NCBI RefSeq assembly: GCF_023229025.1
Contig: NZ_JALOAA010000019.1
Span: 10,736 to 34,735, forward strand
DNA length: 24,000 nt
Source: Sulfurimonas sp.
Lineage (GTDB): Bacteria > Campylobacterota > Campylobacteria > Campylobacterales > Sulfurimonadaceae
Reading direction: 5' to 3'
Numbering within the stretch: the first letter of the stretch is position 1; every line of letters begins with the position of its first letter. The notes below the pieces were generated by a model. That model searched no databases and was not told the origin of the DNA. It worked only from the letters and a program-made list of their open reading frames with translations. Positions 14,669-23,250 of this stretch are shown in pieces. A program made the translations under genes and the position numbers.

Positions 14669-14885
14669 GTGTCTTCTCCAGTTTTTAAGTGTGTATTAGT
14701 AGCTACTTGAAGACATTATATTGCAGTAAAAAATAAAAGAAAAGTCCAAAAATGAAGGAGTAAACGGCAGATGTAGCTATATGTAATTATTTGAAATCAT
14801 ATGTATTTATATGTAAAATTTGGTGAATTTGTATAAATTTTCATAGTTGCTTCAGAAGGTAACAACTATGAAAAAAGTAGGTAAA

Positions 14886-17800
14886 TTATTTTGTATGTGT
14901 AAGCTCTTCGGCAATCATCTCAGCCTGCTTCAAAACAGTTTCCGTAGCCAACATTTGCATATCTGGTGGATAACCAAACTGTCTCAGAGTTCGTTTTACT
15001 ATTACTTTTAGTTTTGAGCGAACGCTCTCTTTAATGGTCCAGTCTATACTTGCATTTTCTCTTACTCTTTGTGTAAGTACGACTGCCAACTCTCGTAAGA
15101 TTTCTTTTTCCATAAGCTCTTTTGCACTGTCGTTATTAGCAACTGCGGTATAAAAAGCATACTCAAAATCAGATAAACCCATCTCTTTGGGCTCTTCATC
15201 CATCTGATGAATATCTTTTGCCAGTTTCATAAGCTCATCAATTACTTCAACAGCAGTGATGATTTTATTGTGATATTTTTTAATAGAGCTTTCCAACATC
15301 TCCATAAGAGATTTACTCTGAACTAGATTAGTTTTCATGCGAGTTTTTATCTCATCATTGAGTAGTTTTTTCAGCACTTCAAGAGCGATATTTTTATGTT
15401 TCATCCCTTGAACTTCCATTAGGAACTCTTCAGAAAGTATAGAAATATCAGGCTTTTTAATCCCAGAGGCATCAAATATATCTATAACTTGCTCTGTTAC
15501 AAGTGCTTTATCTATAACTTGTCTTATGGTGGTTTCCATCTCTTCATCTGTTTTGCCAGGACCACCGCCATCAAACTTAACAAGTCGTGCTTTTACAGCT
15601 TGAAAGAAAGAGATTTCATCTTTAACATCCATAGCTTCTTCATGGGGAACTGCTATTGCGAAAGCTTGTGATAATGCAGTCACTTCACCAATGTATCTTT
15701 TCTTACCATCTTCAAGCCCTAATATATGTTCTTCAGCTTCAAGTATAAGCGATAACTTTTGTCTCGTGTCTGCTTGAAAATAATCCTCATAAGCAAATCC
15801 ATGATACATTTGAGAAACTACTTCTAACTTTTCAAGCATAAGGGCTACGGCTTGCTCTTGAGCCAAAGCGGGATCACCTTTTCCGCCACTATCACTATAA
15901 AAAGAAAGAGCCTTTTTCAAGTCACTAGCAATCCCTAGATAATCAACAACAAGTCCGGCTGGTTTGTCTTTATAAACTCTATTTACCCTTGCTATGGCTT
16001 GCATAAGGTTATGACCTTTCATTGGTTTATCTATGTAGAGTGTGTGCATAGATGGTGCATCAAATCCAGTAAGCCACATATCTCTAACAATGACAAGTTT
16101 TAGCTCATCACTAGTATCTTTCATACGATTAGCTAAATCTCTTCTTTGTTGCTTGGTTGTATGATGTTTAGCCATATCTGGACCATCACTTGAACTCGCT
16201 GTCATGATAACTTTAATAACACCTTTGTCTAAGTCATCATTATGCCACTCAGGCTTAAGTGCAATTATCTCTTTGTAAAGCTCAGTTGCAATTCTTCTAC
16301 TCATAGAAACAATCATACCTTTACCATCAAATACTTCTTGTCTCTTTTCAAAGTGAGCGACTATATCATTTGCCACTTCTTTTATTCTATTTTTACTACC
16401 TATAAGAGCTTCAAGTTGAGTCCATTTTGCTTTTGCTTTTTGGGTATCGTTTAAGTCATCATTTTTTATCTCGCTATCTAGTTCTTTAACAAGCTCTTTA
16501 CCCTCATCACTAAGTTGTATCTTAGCAAGTCGGCTTTCATAGTAAATCTTAACAGTAGCACCATCTTCAACAGCTTGTGAAATATCATAAATATCTACAT
16601 AATCACCAAATACAGCAGGTGTATTGACATCACTACTCTCTATTGGTGTACCAGTAAATCCAAGATAGGTAGCATTTGGTAAGGCATCCCTTAGATACTT
16701 TGCAAAACCATAAACGATTCTTTTACCAATAACATTTCCGTCTTTATCTTTTTCATCAACAGTTTTTGGTTTAAATCCATACTGAGTACGGTGTGCTTCA
16801 TCGGCTAGAACTATGATGTTTCGTCTATCTGAAAGTTCATCATAGATATTTCCCTCTTCGGGTTGAAACTTTTGGATAGTGGCAAATATAACCCCACCCG
16901 AAGCTACTTTGAGAAGTTTCTTAAGATGATCTCTATCTTCTGCTTGAATAGGTTCTTGTCGCAGAAGTGAAGCAGAACTTGCAAAGGTATCAAATAGTTG
17001 GTCATCTAAATCATTTCTATCTGTGATAATAAGGATTGTAGGATTATTTAAACTCAATACTATCTTACCCGTATAGAAAACCATAGAAAGTGATTTACCA
17101 CTTCCTTGTGTATGCCAAACGACACCACCTTTTTTATCTCCATCTTCTGCACTTGCTTTTGTAGTTCTCTCAACAGCTTTATTTACTGCATAGTACTGAT
17201 GATAAGCAGCTAGTTTTTTAACAGTCTCTATAGTAGTTATACCAGTCTTACTATCTTCTTTTGTGCTTTTCTCATAAACGATAAAGTTACGGATTAAATC
17301 TAAAAGAGTGATTGGGTTTAACATACCAGTTATCATAGTTTCAACTTGAGATATTAACTTAGAAGCTTCACTTTTACCATCACTACTTTTCCAAGACATA
17401 AATCTTGTTAGACCAGCTGATATAGTTCCTGCTTTTGCTTCTAAGCCATCACTTATAATACAAAAAGCATTGTAAGTAAAAAGAGATGGGATAACACTTT
17501 TATAAGTCTGTATTTGCTTGTATGCAGAACCAACAGTTGCATTTTCATCTATTGGATTTTTAAGCTCAATTATTACAAGAGGTAAGCCATTTACAAAGAG
17601 GATTAAATCTGGTCGTTTATTGATACCATTTTCTATGATAGTAAATTGGTTTGATACTACAAAGTCATTTTTAGATATATCATCAAAATCTACAAGTTTA
17701 ACTATTTCACCACGAGTGACACCATCCTTTTGCACTTCAACAGTTATACCCTCTGTAAGCATTTTATGAAAAGTTTCATTATCTGTTAAAAGTTCTGTTG

Positions 17801-18035
17801 TTCTTAGTCTCTGGCATTGTTTTACAGCATATTCTATTTGGTTGTATTCTAAAGTAGCGTTTATAGCAGTAAGTGAGTTTGTGAGTTTTTCTTTGAGTAT
17901 CACATCTTCAAAAGATTCTCTGAGAGGAGTTTCACTATCAGGTGCTATATTTGGAGCATAGATATATTCAAAGCCTTGTTTTTCTAAAAGCTTTATAGCA
18001 AAAAGTTCTATTTCATTTTCTGTTATTTTAGTCAT
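14886..18035 (-). CDS. hsdR: type I restriction enzyme R subunit
   Basis: The protein is 1049 aa. It has a PD-(D/E)xK nuclease motif RPDLILFVNGLPLVIIELKNP. The SF2 helicase motifs are HTQGSGKS, DEAH (LADEAHRTQ, nt 16791..16802), FTGTP and QAIARVNR. The start ATG overlaps the stop of the upstream gene (ATGA). Confidence 0.95.
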   Translation of the reverse strand: MTKITENEIELFAIKLLEKQGFEYIYAPNIAPDSETPLRESFEDVILKEKLTNSLTAINATLEYNQIEYAVKQCQRLRTTELLTDNETFHKMLTEGITVEVQKDGVTRGEIVKLVDFDDISKNDFVVSNQFTIIENGINKRPDLILFVNGLPLVIIELKNPIDENATVGSAYKQIQTYKSVIPSLFTYNAFCIISDGLEAKAGTISAGLTRFMSWKSSDGKSEASKLISQVETMITGMLNPITLLDLIRNFIVYEKSTKEDSKTGITTIETVKKLAAYHQYYAVNKAVERTTKASAEDGDKKGGVVWHTQGSGKSLSMVFYTGKIVLSLNNPTILIITDRNDLDDQLFDTFASSASLLRQEPIQAEDRDHLKKLLKVASGGVIFATIQKFQPEEGNIYDELSDRRNIIVLADEAHRTQYGFKPKTVDEKDKDGNVIGKRIVYGFAKYLRDALPNATYLGFTGTPIESSDVNTPAVFGDYVDIYDISQAVEDGATVKIYYESRLAKIQLSDEGKELVKELDSEIKNDDLNDTQKAKAKWTQLEALIGSKNRIKEVANDIVAHFEKRQEVFDGKGMIVSMSRRIATELYKEIIALKPEWHNDDLDKGVIKVIMTASSSDGPDMAKHHTTKQQRRDLANRMKDTSDELKLVIVRDMWLTGFDAPSMHTLYIDKPMKGHNLMQAIARVNRVYKDKPAGLVVDYLGIASDLKKALSFYSDSGGKGDPALAQEQAVALMLEKLEVVSQMYHGFAYEDYFQADTRQKLSLILEAEEHILGLEDGKKRYIGEVTALSQAFAIAVPHEEAMDVKDEISFFQAVKARLVKFDGGGPGKTDEEMETTIRQVIDKALVTEQVIDIFDASGIKKPDISILSEEFLMEVQGMKHKNIALEVLKKLLNDEIKTRMKTNLVQSKSLMEMLESSIKKYHNKIITAVEVIDELMKLAKDIHQMDEEPKEMGLSDFEYAFYTAVANNDSAKELMEKEILRELAVVLTQRVRENASIDWTIKESVRSKLKVIVKRTLRQFGYPPDMQMLATETVLKQAEMIAEELTHTK

Positions 18036-18661
18036 TTTGAATCACTTAAAACTTGAACTAGTTCGATACAACAAAAATTATTTGTTAAAAAATAAAACAT
18101 TAACATCGAAATAACTACAATGACAAATAGGAAACTAAGAGGTAGTTTGTCTTTCCACAAAGTTAAATTTAATTGTTTTTCGACCCAATTTATATGTTTT
18201 CTCCACTGCCAAAAAAATTTATAATGTGCATACCAATCACTAAAAAGTATCTGTTTACTAATAGATTTTGAGTAAAACTGATCTTCAATGGTTTTCAATT
18301 TCTCTTTTGCTTCATCAAACTGATCATCATCTAACTTTGCTTTAACTTCATAATATAGTTCTTTCAAGGAATTAAAATGTTTTGTAATTTCACTCCCAGC
18401 TTCAGAATAATCTTTTTTAGTATCATTGTATGATGATATATAAATACCAACAATACCAAAAATAACTAATGTTGCAGAAATATTTTTTAATGTAAAAAAC
18501 TCGATATATAGCGATAAAATTCCAATTGCTATCGATGCAAAACTGATAATTCCTGGTAGTTTCTCAATCATATCGAATGTTGCAAAATGCTTTTTCGCTC
18601 CAAAACCGACATTATATGCACTTTCTGCAATCTGTTGCAATAAATTTTCTTTTGTCATCAA
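18032..18661 (-). CDS. SLATT-like membrane effector (2 central TM helices plus a C-terminal TM)
   Basis: The track ORF is 209 aa and starts at TTG 18661. An ATG at 18658 gives 208 aa. The N-terminal block AESAYNVGFGAKKHFATFDMIEKLPG is followed by two closely spaced TM helices (IISFASIAIGILSLYIEFF and ATLVIFGIVGIYISSY), as I recall for SLATT-family proteins. It sits immediately downstream of, and overlaps, a SMODS-type NTase gene. Confidence 0.65.
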   Translation of the reverse strand: MMTKENLLQQIAESAYNVGFGAKKHFATFDMIEKLPGIISFASIAIGILSLYIEFFTLKNISATLVIFGIVGIYISSYNDTKKDYSEAGSEITKHFNSLKELYYEVKAKLDDDQFDEAKEKLKTIEDQFYSKSISKQILFSDWYAHYKFFWQWRKHINWVEKQLNLTLWKDKLPLSFLFVIVVISMLMFYFLTNNFCCIELVQVLSDSK

Positions 18662-19956
18662 TATTTCCCCTTTTCATCAATTGGAACATGAACTCTATCT
18701 TTGGCAACAACTATATTGTTTTTAACGATATAACACTCTACTACATGATCACCTGAAAACTTTGTAGTTTCATTTTTAATTTTATATCCCTTGATAATTT
18801 GTCCTCTTATTTCATCTCTTTGTTTTGCTTCTTCCCCACGATTCAAAACTTTCCAATAAATATCATATTTACCGGGTGTTTCATTGTCAATAATTTTAAA
18901 AATTAAATTGTAATTTGGAGATAGAGTTTCTTTCTTTAGAAGCATATTTAATAAGTTCGTTAAAGGGACGGTATCAGATTTTACTTCTGAATCTATCGTT
19001 AAATCATATCTAATATCTACATTAAACATATCTTCTATGAATTCTTCAGTATTTCTCCAACTTAACATTGAAGTATCAGCAGATTCTGTTGTTACTTTCA
19101 TTGATGATGGAAAGTCTCTTCCAAATATTTTTTTCCATTTTTGATTTGCATTTTTATTTTCTTGCGCATCAATTGCTTCTAAAACAAGGTTATGTGCTTT
19201 TTTTGCCTTGGTTTGAAATTTTTTCTTTATATAAACTTTCTGATTACTTCCAGGAGCAAATACATGATTTGTATTTTGTAATTCAGACAAATACTTTAAG
19301 AAATCTCTTGTCATCCAATCATAATATGTATAGCTTTTATCATCATATTCTGTAGTTGAGTTTAAATAATTATAAGCTATACTATCTATCAATAAACCTC
19401 CCATTGCCACACCATGATAGTTTTTCCATGATCTAAGCATCTTGCATAATGGTCTTAAATTATTATTTTTACTTGAATGCAGTTCAGATATTGCTTTCTT
19501 TTCTTCTCTGGGTTTTGTAGTTTTCCAACTACCTCCATTGTTAGTGTCTGGATAATAAAAACTTCCATCCTCAAACTCAAATGCAGGTAAAACCTCAATT
19601 TGATAATTGGAGAAAGAAATCACTACAACTTGTCCATCTCCTCTCATATTAGTATTTTGGTATCTTGATTGAATAGTTTTTTTTACTTCTTGTAATAATG
19701 CAGATTGTCTACCATCTTTGAATCTTTCGTATTCAGCCCACGGTAAGATATAAATCATATCCAAATCAGATATACTTTTTATTGCAGTATATCTGCCATA
19801 TGAACCAACCTGCAAGCTGTTGGATGTTTTTGAGTCAGATGAACGATATTTTTGATTTAATACTCTTGTTATTTCCCCATATCTTTTGCTAATCTGTTCT
19901 TTATTATCTACTTCTAGATTATTAAGAAAATCTTGAAAAGTTTGAGATACATTCAT
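18658..19956 (-). CDS. SMODS-type (CD-NTase-like) nucleotidyltransferase with an AGS-C-like C-terminal domain
   Basis: The protein is 432 aa. It has an intact Pol-beta NTase signature: G51-S52 (VGSYGRYTAIKSIS), D64-L-D66 (nt 19759..19767) and a third acidic residue E121 (QIEVLPAF). The helical PAP/OAS-like core follows (GGSWKTTKP...LCKMLRSWKN). The C-terminal ~130 aa contain YWKVLNRGEEAKQRDEIRGQI...FSGDHVVECYIVKNNIVVAKDRVHVPI, which resembles the SMODS-associated AGS-C sensor domain. Confidence 0.75.
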   Translation of the reverse strand: MNVSQTFQDFLNNLEVDNKEQISKRYGEITRVLNQKYRSSDSKTSNSLQVGSYGRYTAIKSISDLDMIYILPWAEYERFKDGRQSALLQEVKKTIQSRYQNTNMRGDGQVVVISFSNYQIEVLPAFEFEDGSFYYPDTNNGGSWKTTKPREEKKAISELHSSKNNNLRPLCKMLRSWKNYHGVAMGGLLIDSIAYNYLNSTTEYDDKSYTYYDWMTRDFLKYLSELQNTNHVFAPGSNQKVYIKKKFQTKAKKAHNLVLEAIDAQENKNANQKWKKIFGRDFPSSMKVTTESADTSMLSWRNTEEFIEDMFNVDIRYDLTIDSEVKSDTVPLTNLLNMLLKKETLSPNYNLIFKIIDNETPGKYDIYWKVLNRGEEAKQRDEIRGQIIKGYKIKNETTKFSGDHVVECYIVKNNIVVAKDRVHVPIDEKGKY

Positions 19957-19986
19957 ACAATCATTCCTATGTTTTATAATTTTTTA

Positions 19987-20517
19987 CTAGTTGTTTTGAA
20001 ATTCATCTTCATAAAATATCTCTTGCCAATTTTTTTGTAAAATATCCCAAACTACACTATCAACATGAAAATGAGGGTCAACTCCCACATAACTTTTTTT
20101 GATGTATCCTCTTGCCATTAAAGTTTTTACAGGCTTTGGTGTTTGCAAACTTTCAAATTCTATTCCAAGATTTGAAGTTTGAGTTTTATTCCCTAAAAAA
20201 TGAGCTAAGATAAATTTTTCATCTAATGACAAATTACTCAATACTTCAATAAAATCATTAGTCGCCTGATCTAAACCTCTTTTATTCTTAAACCAATTAA
20301 ATAGCCTTGAAATAAGATTTAGTATTGTTATGACACCTGAAATAAGTGTTACAATACCAATATAAGTTCCATATTGAGTAATAAACTCTTGCAGATAAAA
20401 AAGTTCTCTTATTTTATTTCCTGATAATATTAAAAACAACCCACTAATAAATAAAATCCAAGCTATTTTATACACAGAACCAAATAGCTTCAAAAAATCA
20501 GTTATATTAAAGTTCAT
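19987..20517 (-). CDS. 2-TM membrane protein, SieB-like (superinfection exclusion B family) by architecture
   Basis: The 176-aa protein has two N-terminal TM helices (IAWILFISGLFLILS and YIGIVTLISGVITILNLI). The soluble tail has the LSNLSLDEKFILAHFL...VKTLMARGYIKK pattern that I associate with SieB-family proteins. The family call is from memory only. The start ATG overlaps the hsdS stop (ATGA). Confidence 0.5.
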   Translation of the reverse strand: MNFNITDFLKLFGSVYKIAWILFISGLFLILSGNKIRELFYLQEFITQYGTYIGIVTLISGVITILNLISRLFNWFKNKRGLDQATNDFIEVLSNLSLDEKFILAHFLGNKTQTSNLGIEFESLQTPKPVKTLMARGYIKKSYVGVDPHFHVDSVVWDILQKNWQEIFYEDEFQNN

Positions 20518-21692
20518 ATTTTCACCCTCACTTCCCCACTCATAAGCTTAGGTAAAAGTGTATCTCTTATATTTTCAAGGGTTTCTATCTGTTTTTGATT
20601 TTGTACTGTTTTCAAATAGTTGGGTTCTAATAATTTTGAGAATTCTTTTATCTTATCAACTGATGGAGTTAAAAAATTTATATTTAATATATCTTCAGGC
20701 TTTACTCTTTGATGGCTTCCACTTGTACCAGAGGCAGACATTGTCAAATCACCAATAACTTTATCTGATTTTAAAAGTGTTGATATGAAAGGGAAAAGCT
20801 CTTTTTCATTTGGTTGTATTACTTGAAACTCAGTAGAACAAATTGAATTTACTTTAGGTTCAAAGTAAATATCCCATACTCTTGGAGTTTTTGGATTTAG
20901 TTTTGACATTAAAATTGAAAAAGGTTCTACTTGATATTTATTACTTTTAATATCTGAACCTAACTCAACATTAGGTTCTTTATTTGTATCAAAAGCAGGT
21001 AAACTAAAATGTAAAAACTCTTCATTAGGATTTTGTGCAGGTTTAATGCTCACTTTTTGATGGGTAGCAAAATCACTTACTGTATATTCTTCCCACTTAT
21101 CCTCAGCTTCTTCAATAAACCATTGTCTAAAAAGTGTTTGTGCTAACTCTTCAAGGGTTTTGTTTTGGCGGTGGAGGAGGTCGATTTTATCATCAAGTGA
21201 GCTTAGAGCTTCTGCTATTGCTTTTTGTTCTTCAATTGTCGGAAGTAATAAATCAAAACTAGCAAATTGTTTTGCATTTGCTCCTGGTTGTGCTGAACCA
21301 CCAATAATTCCTTCAACAAAACCATCCCATTCATAAGATTGTAGACAATATGCTACAAAATATGGATTGGCTATTTTTGAATTTATTCTATATCTTATTA
21401 AGTATGAAGCAAAAACTGCATTTTCATTTTTTGTAATTAATTTATTATATCCCGTTGTTGCACCAGTTCTAGCGATTACAATATCACCAAACGAAAGCAT
21501 ATACTTATCTTTTTTACCATCATCAATCAAACAATAAGGCACAGTATCCCAATTAATTCTATCTGGAACAATATCAGTTATTCTTAAAAATTTTGGTCCG
21601 CATTCTTCTTGACTTGCACTAGCAGTATATCCATAAGAAATATCTGTACTAATTTCACCTAATGTAGTATTTAACCACTCACTCATCAACAA
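20514..21692 (-). CDS. hsdS: type I restriction-modification specificity subunit
   Basis: The protein is 392 aa. Two target-recognition domains (the first beginning LGEISTDISYGYTASAS...FLRITDI) are separated by the conserved helical spacer LDDKIDLLHRQNKTLEELAQTLFRQWF. The protein ends with the matching C-terminal helix QKQIETLENIRDTLLPKLMSGEV. The gene overlaps hsdM by 14 nt. Confidence 0.9.
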   Translation of the reverse strand: MLMSEWLNTTLGEISTDISYGYTASASQEECGPKFLRITDIVPDRINWDTVPYCLIDDGKKDKYMLSFGDIVIARTGATTGYNKLITKNENAVFASYLIRYRINSKIANPYFVAYCLQSYEWDGFVEGIIGGSAQPGANAKQFASFDLLLPTIEEQKAIAEALSSLDDKIDLLHRQNKTLEELAQTLFRQWFIEEAEDKWEEYTVSDFATHQKVSIKPAQNPNEEFLHFSLPAFDTNKEPNVELGSDIKSNKYQVEPFSILMSKLNPKTPRVWDIYFEPKVNSICSTEFQVIQPNEKELFPFISTLLKSDKVIGDLTMSASGTSGSHQRVKPEDILNINFLTPSVDKIKEFSKLLEPNYLKTVQNQKQIETLENIRDTLLPKLMSGEVRVKI

Positions 21693-23250
21693 CTACCTTT
21701 GCCAAGTTCTCATTGATTCTCTGATTGAGTGCTTGTTCCTCTTCCATCTGCTCTTTTAGTTCTTGTTGTAGAGTTGCAAATCTCTCTCTAAAATCAAACT
21801 CATCATCTACCTCTTCAAGCCCTACATATCGCCCAGGGGTTAGTACATAGTTTAACTCTTTTACCGTGTCTTGCGAGGCTGATTTACAAAACCCTTTTAT
21901 ATCTTCATATTGTGGGACTGAAGTCCCACTTCCGATAGAGGGATTTGGAGGTGGGACTTTAGTCCCACTTTTGGAAACTTTCCAGTTGTGATAAACCTTA
22001 GCTATATAGTCTGTATCTTCGTGACTAAACTCTTTTGTTCGTCTGTTTATAAGTTGCCCCATATTTCGAGCGTCTATAAAAAGTATATCTTTGGTGCTTC
22101 TTCCCCTTTTCATAAACCAGATAGTTGCTGGGATTTGCGTATTTAAAAACAGTTTTGCAGGGAGATTCACTATACAGTCAACTAAGTTAGCTTCTATAAG
22201 CGCTTTTCTTATCTCTCCCTCATTTGATGTGTTAGAGGTAAGGCTTCCTTTTGCTAGTACAAATCCGGCACGACCTGTTGGGGCTAAGTGATATAAAAAG
22301 TGTTGTATCCAAGCATAGTTTGCATTGCCCTCTGGTGGTGTTCCATATTTCCATCTTCCATCATTTCGTAGTAGGTCACCGCTCCAGTCACTGACATTAA
22401 AAGGTGGATTTGCGATGATAAAGTCTGCTTTGAGATCTTTGTGGGCATCATTTAGAAATGAACCTTCATTGTTCCACTTTACTTGTGAGCTATCTATTCC
22501 TCTAATGGCAAGATTCATTTTAGCCAGTCGCCATGTAGTTTGGTTTGACTCTTGTCCGTAGATAGATATATCGTTTATCTTCCCTTGGTGCTCTGTCACA
22601 AACTTTTCAGATTGTACAAACATACCACCACTACCACAACAAGGATCAAAGACTCTCCCTTTATATGGCTCTAACATCTTTACAAGAAGTTCAACTACAC
22701 TTTTTGGAGTATAGAACTGCCCACCTTGTTTACCCTCAGCAAGTGCAAACTCACCTAAGAAATACTCAAACACATGACCAAGCACATCAGCACTTCTAGC
22801 TTTTGCATCGCCAAAGGCAATGTTACCTATAAGGTCGATTAGACCTCCTAGAGATTTACTATCAAGATTATCTTTTGCAAATACTTTAGGTAGCACACCT
22901 TTTAAAGAGCTATTTTCTTTTTCTATAGCATCCATAGCCTCATCAACAATCTTTCCTATGCTTGGTAACTTAGCATTTGAAAGAAGAAATGACCATCTAG
23001 CAGTAGGAGGAACAAAAAATACATTCTCTGCTTTGTACTCATCCATATCTTCAGGGTCAGCCCCTGCATATTCACCTTCACCAGCTTCAAGCTTATTATA
23101 AAGTTCAAGAAAACTATCAGAAATATACTTTAAAAATACAAGCCCCATCACCACATGCTTATACTCTGCGGCATCTATATTTTTTCGTAGTTTATCGGCT
23201 GCTTTCCATAGTTGTTTTTCTATTGATTCTTCTTGTTTTGCTTTTGCCAT
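21679..23250 (-). CDS. hsdM: type I restriction-modification N6-adenine DNA methyltransferase subunit
   Basis: The protein is 523 aa. It has the HsdM N-terminal helix domain (LWKAADKLRKNIDAAEYKHVVMGLVFLKYISD). SAM-binding motif I is FDPCCGSGGMF and catalytic motif IV is NPPF (nt 22399..22410). The C-terminal block is YEDIKGFCKSA...YVLTPGRYVG. Confidence 0.95.
   Translation of the reverse strand: MAKAKQEESIEKQLWKAADKLRKNIDAAEYKHVVMGLVFLKYISDSFLELYNKLEAGEGEYAGADPEDMDEYKAENVFFVPPTARWSFLLSNAKLPSIGKIVDEAMDAIEKENSSLKGVLPKVFAKDNLDSKSLGGLIDLIGNIAFGDAKARSADVLGHVFEYFLGEFALAEGKQGGQFYTPKSVVELLVKMLEPYKGRVFDPCCGSGGMFVQSEKFVTEHQGKINDISIYGQESNQTTWRLAKMNLAIRGIDSSQVKWNNEGSFLNDAHKDLKADFIIANPPFNVSDWSGDLLRNDGRWKYGTPPEGNANYAWIQHFLYHLAPTGRAGFVLAKGSLTSNTSNEGEIRKALIEANLVDCIVNLPAKLFLNTQIPATIWFMKRGRSTKDILFIDARNMGQLINRRTKEFSHEDTDYIAKVYHNWKVSKSGTKVPPPNPSIGSGTSVPQYEDIKGFCKSASQDTVKELNYVLTPGRYVGLEEVDDEFDFRERFATLQQELKEQMEEEQALNQRINENLAKVVVDE
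21912..21968. repeat. twin perfect hairpins GTGGGAC-N4-GTCCCAC inside the hsdM coding sequence
   Basis: The first hairpin is GTGGGAC tgaa GTCCCAC at 21912..21929. The second is GTGGGAC ttta GTCCCAC at 21951..21968. The segment is locally G/C-rich and is translated in frame as SGTKVPPPNPSIGSGTSVP. Confidence 0.7.

Noticed and set aside
15489-23101. Antisense ORFs within hsdR, the NTase gene, hsdS and hsdM (15489..15671, 16242..16454, 17518..17769, 19068..19355, 20558..20758, 22091..22291, 22325..22561, 22820..23101).
   Set aside because: All are embedded opposite genes with unambiguous catalytic motifs. They have no independent support.
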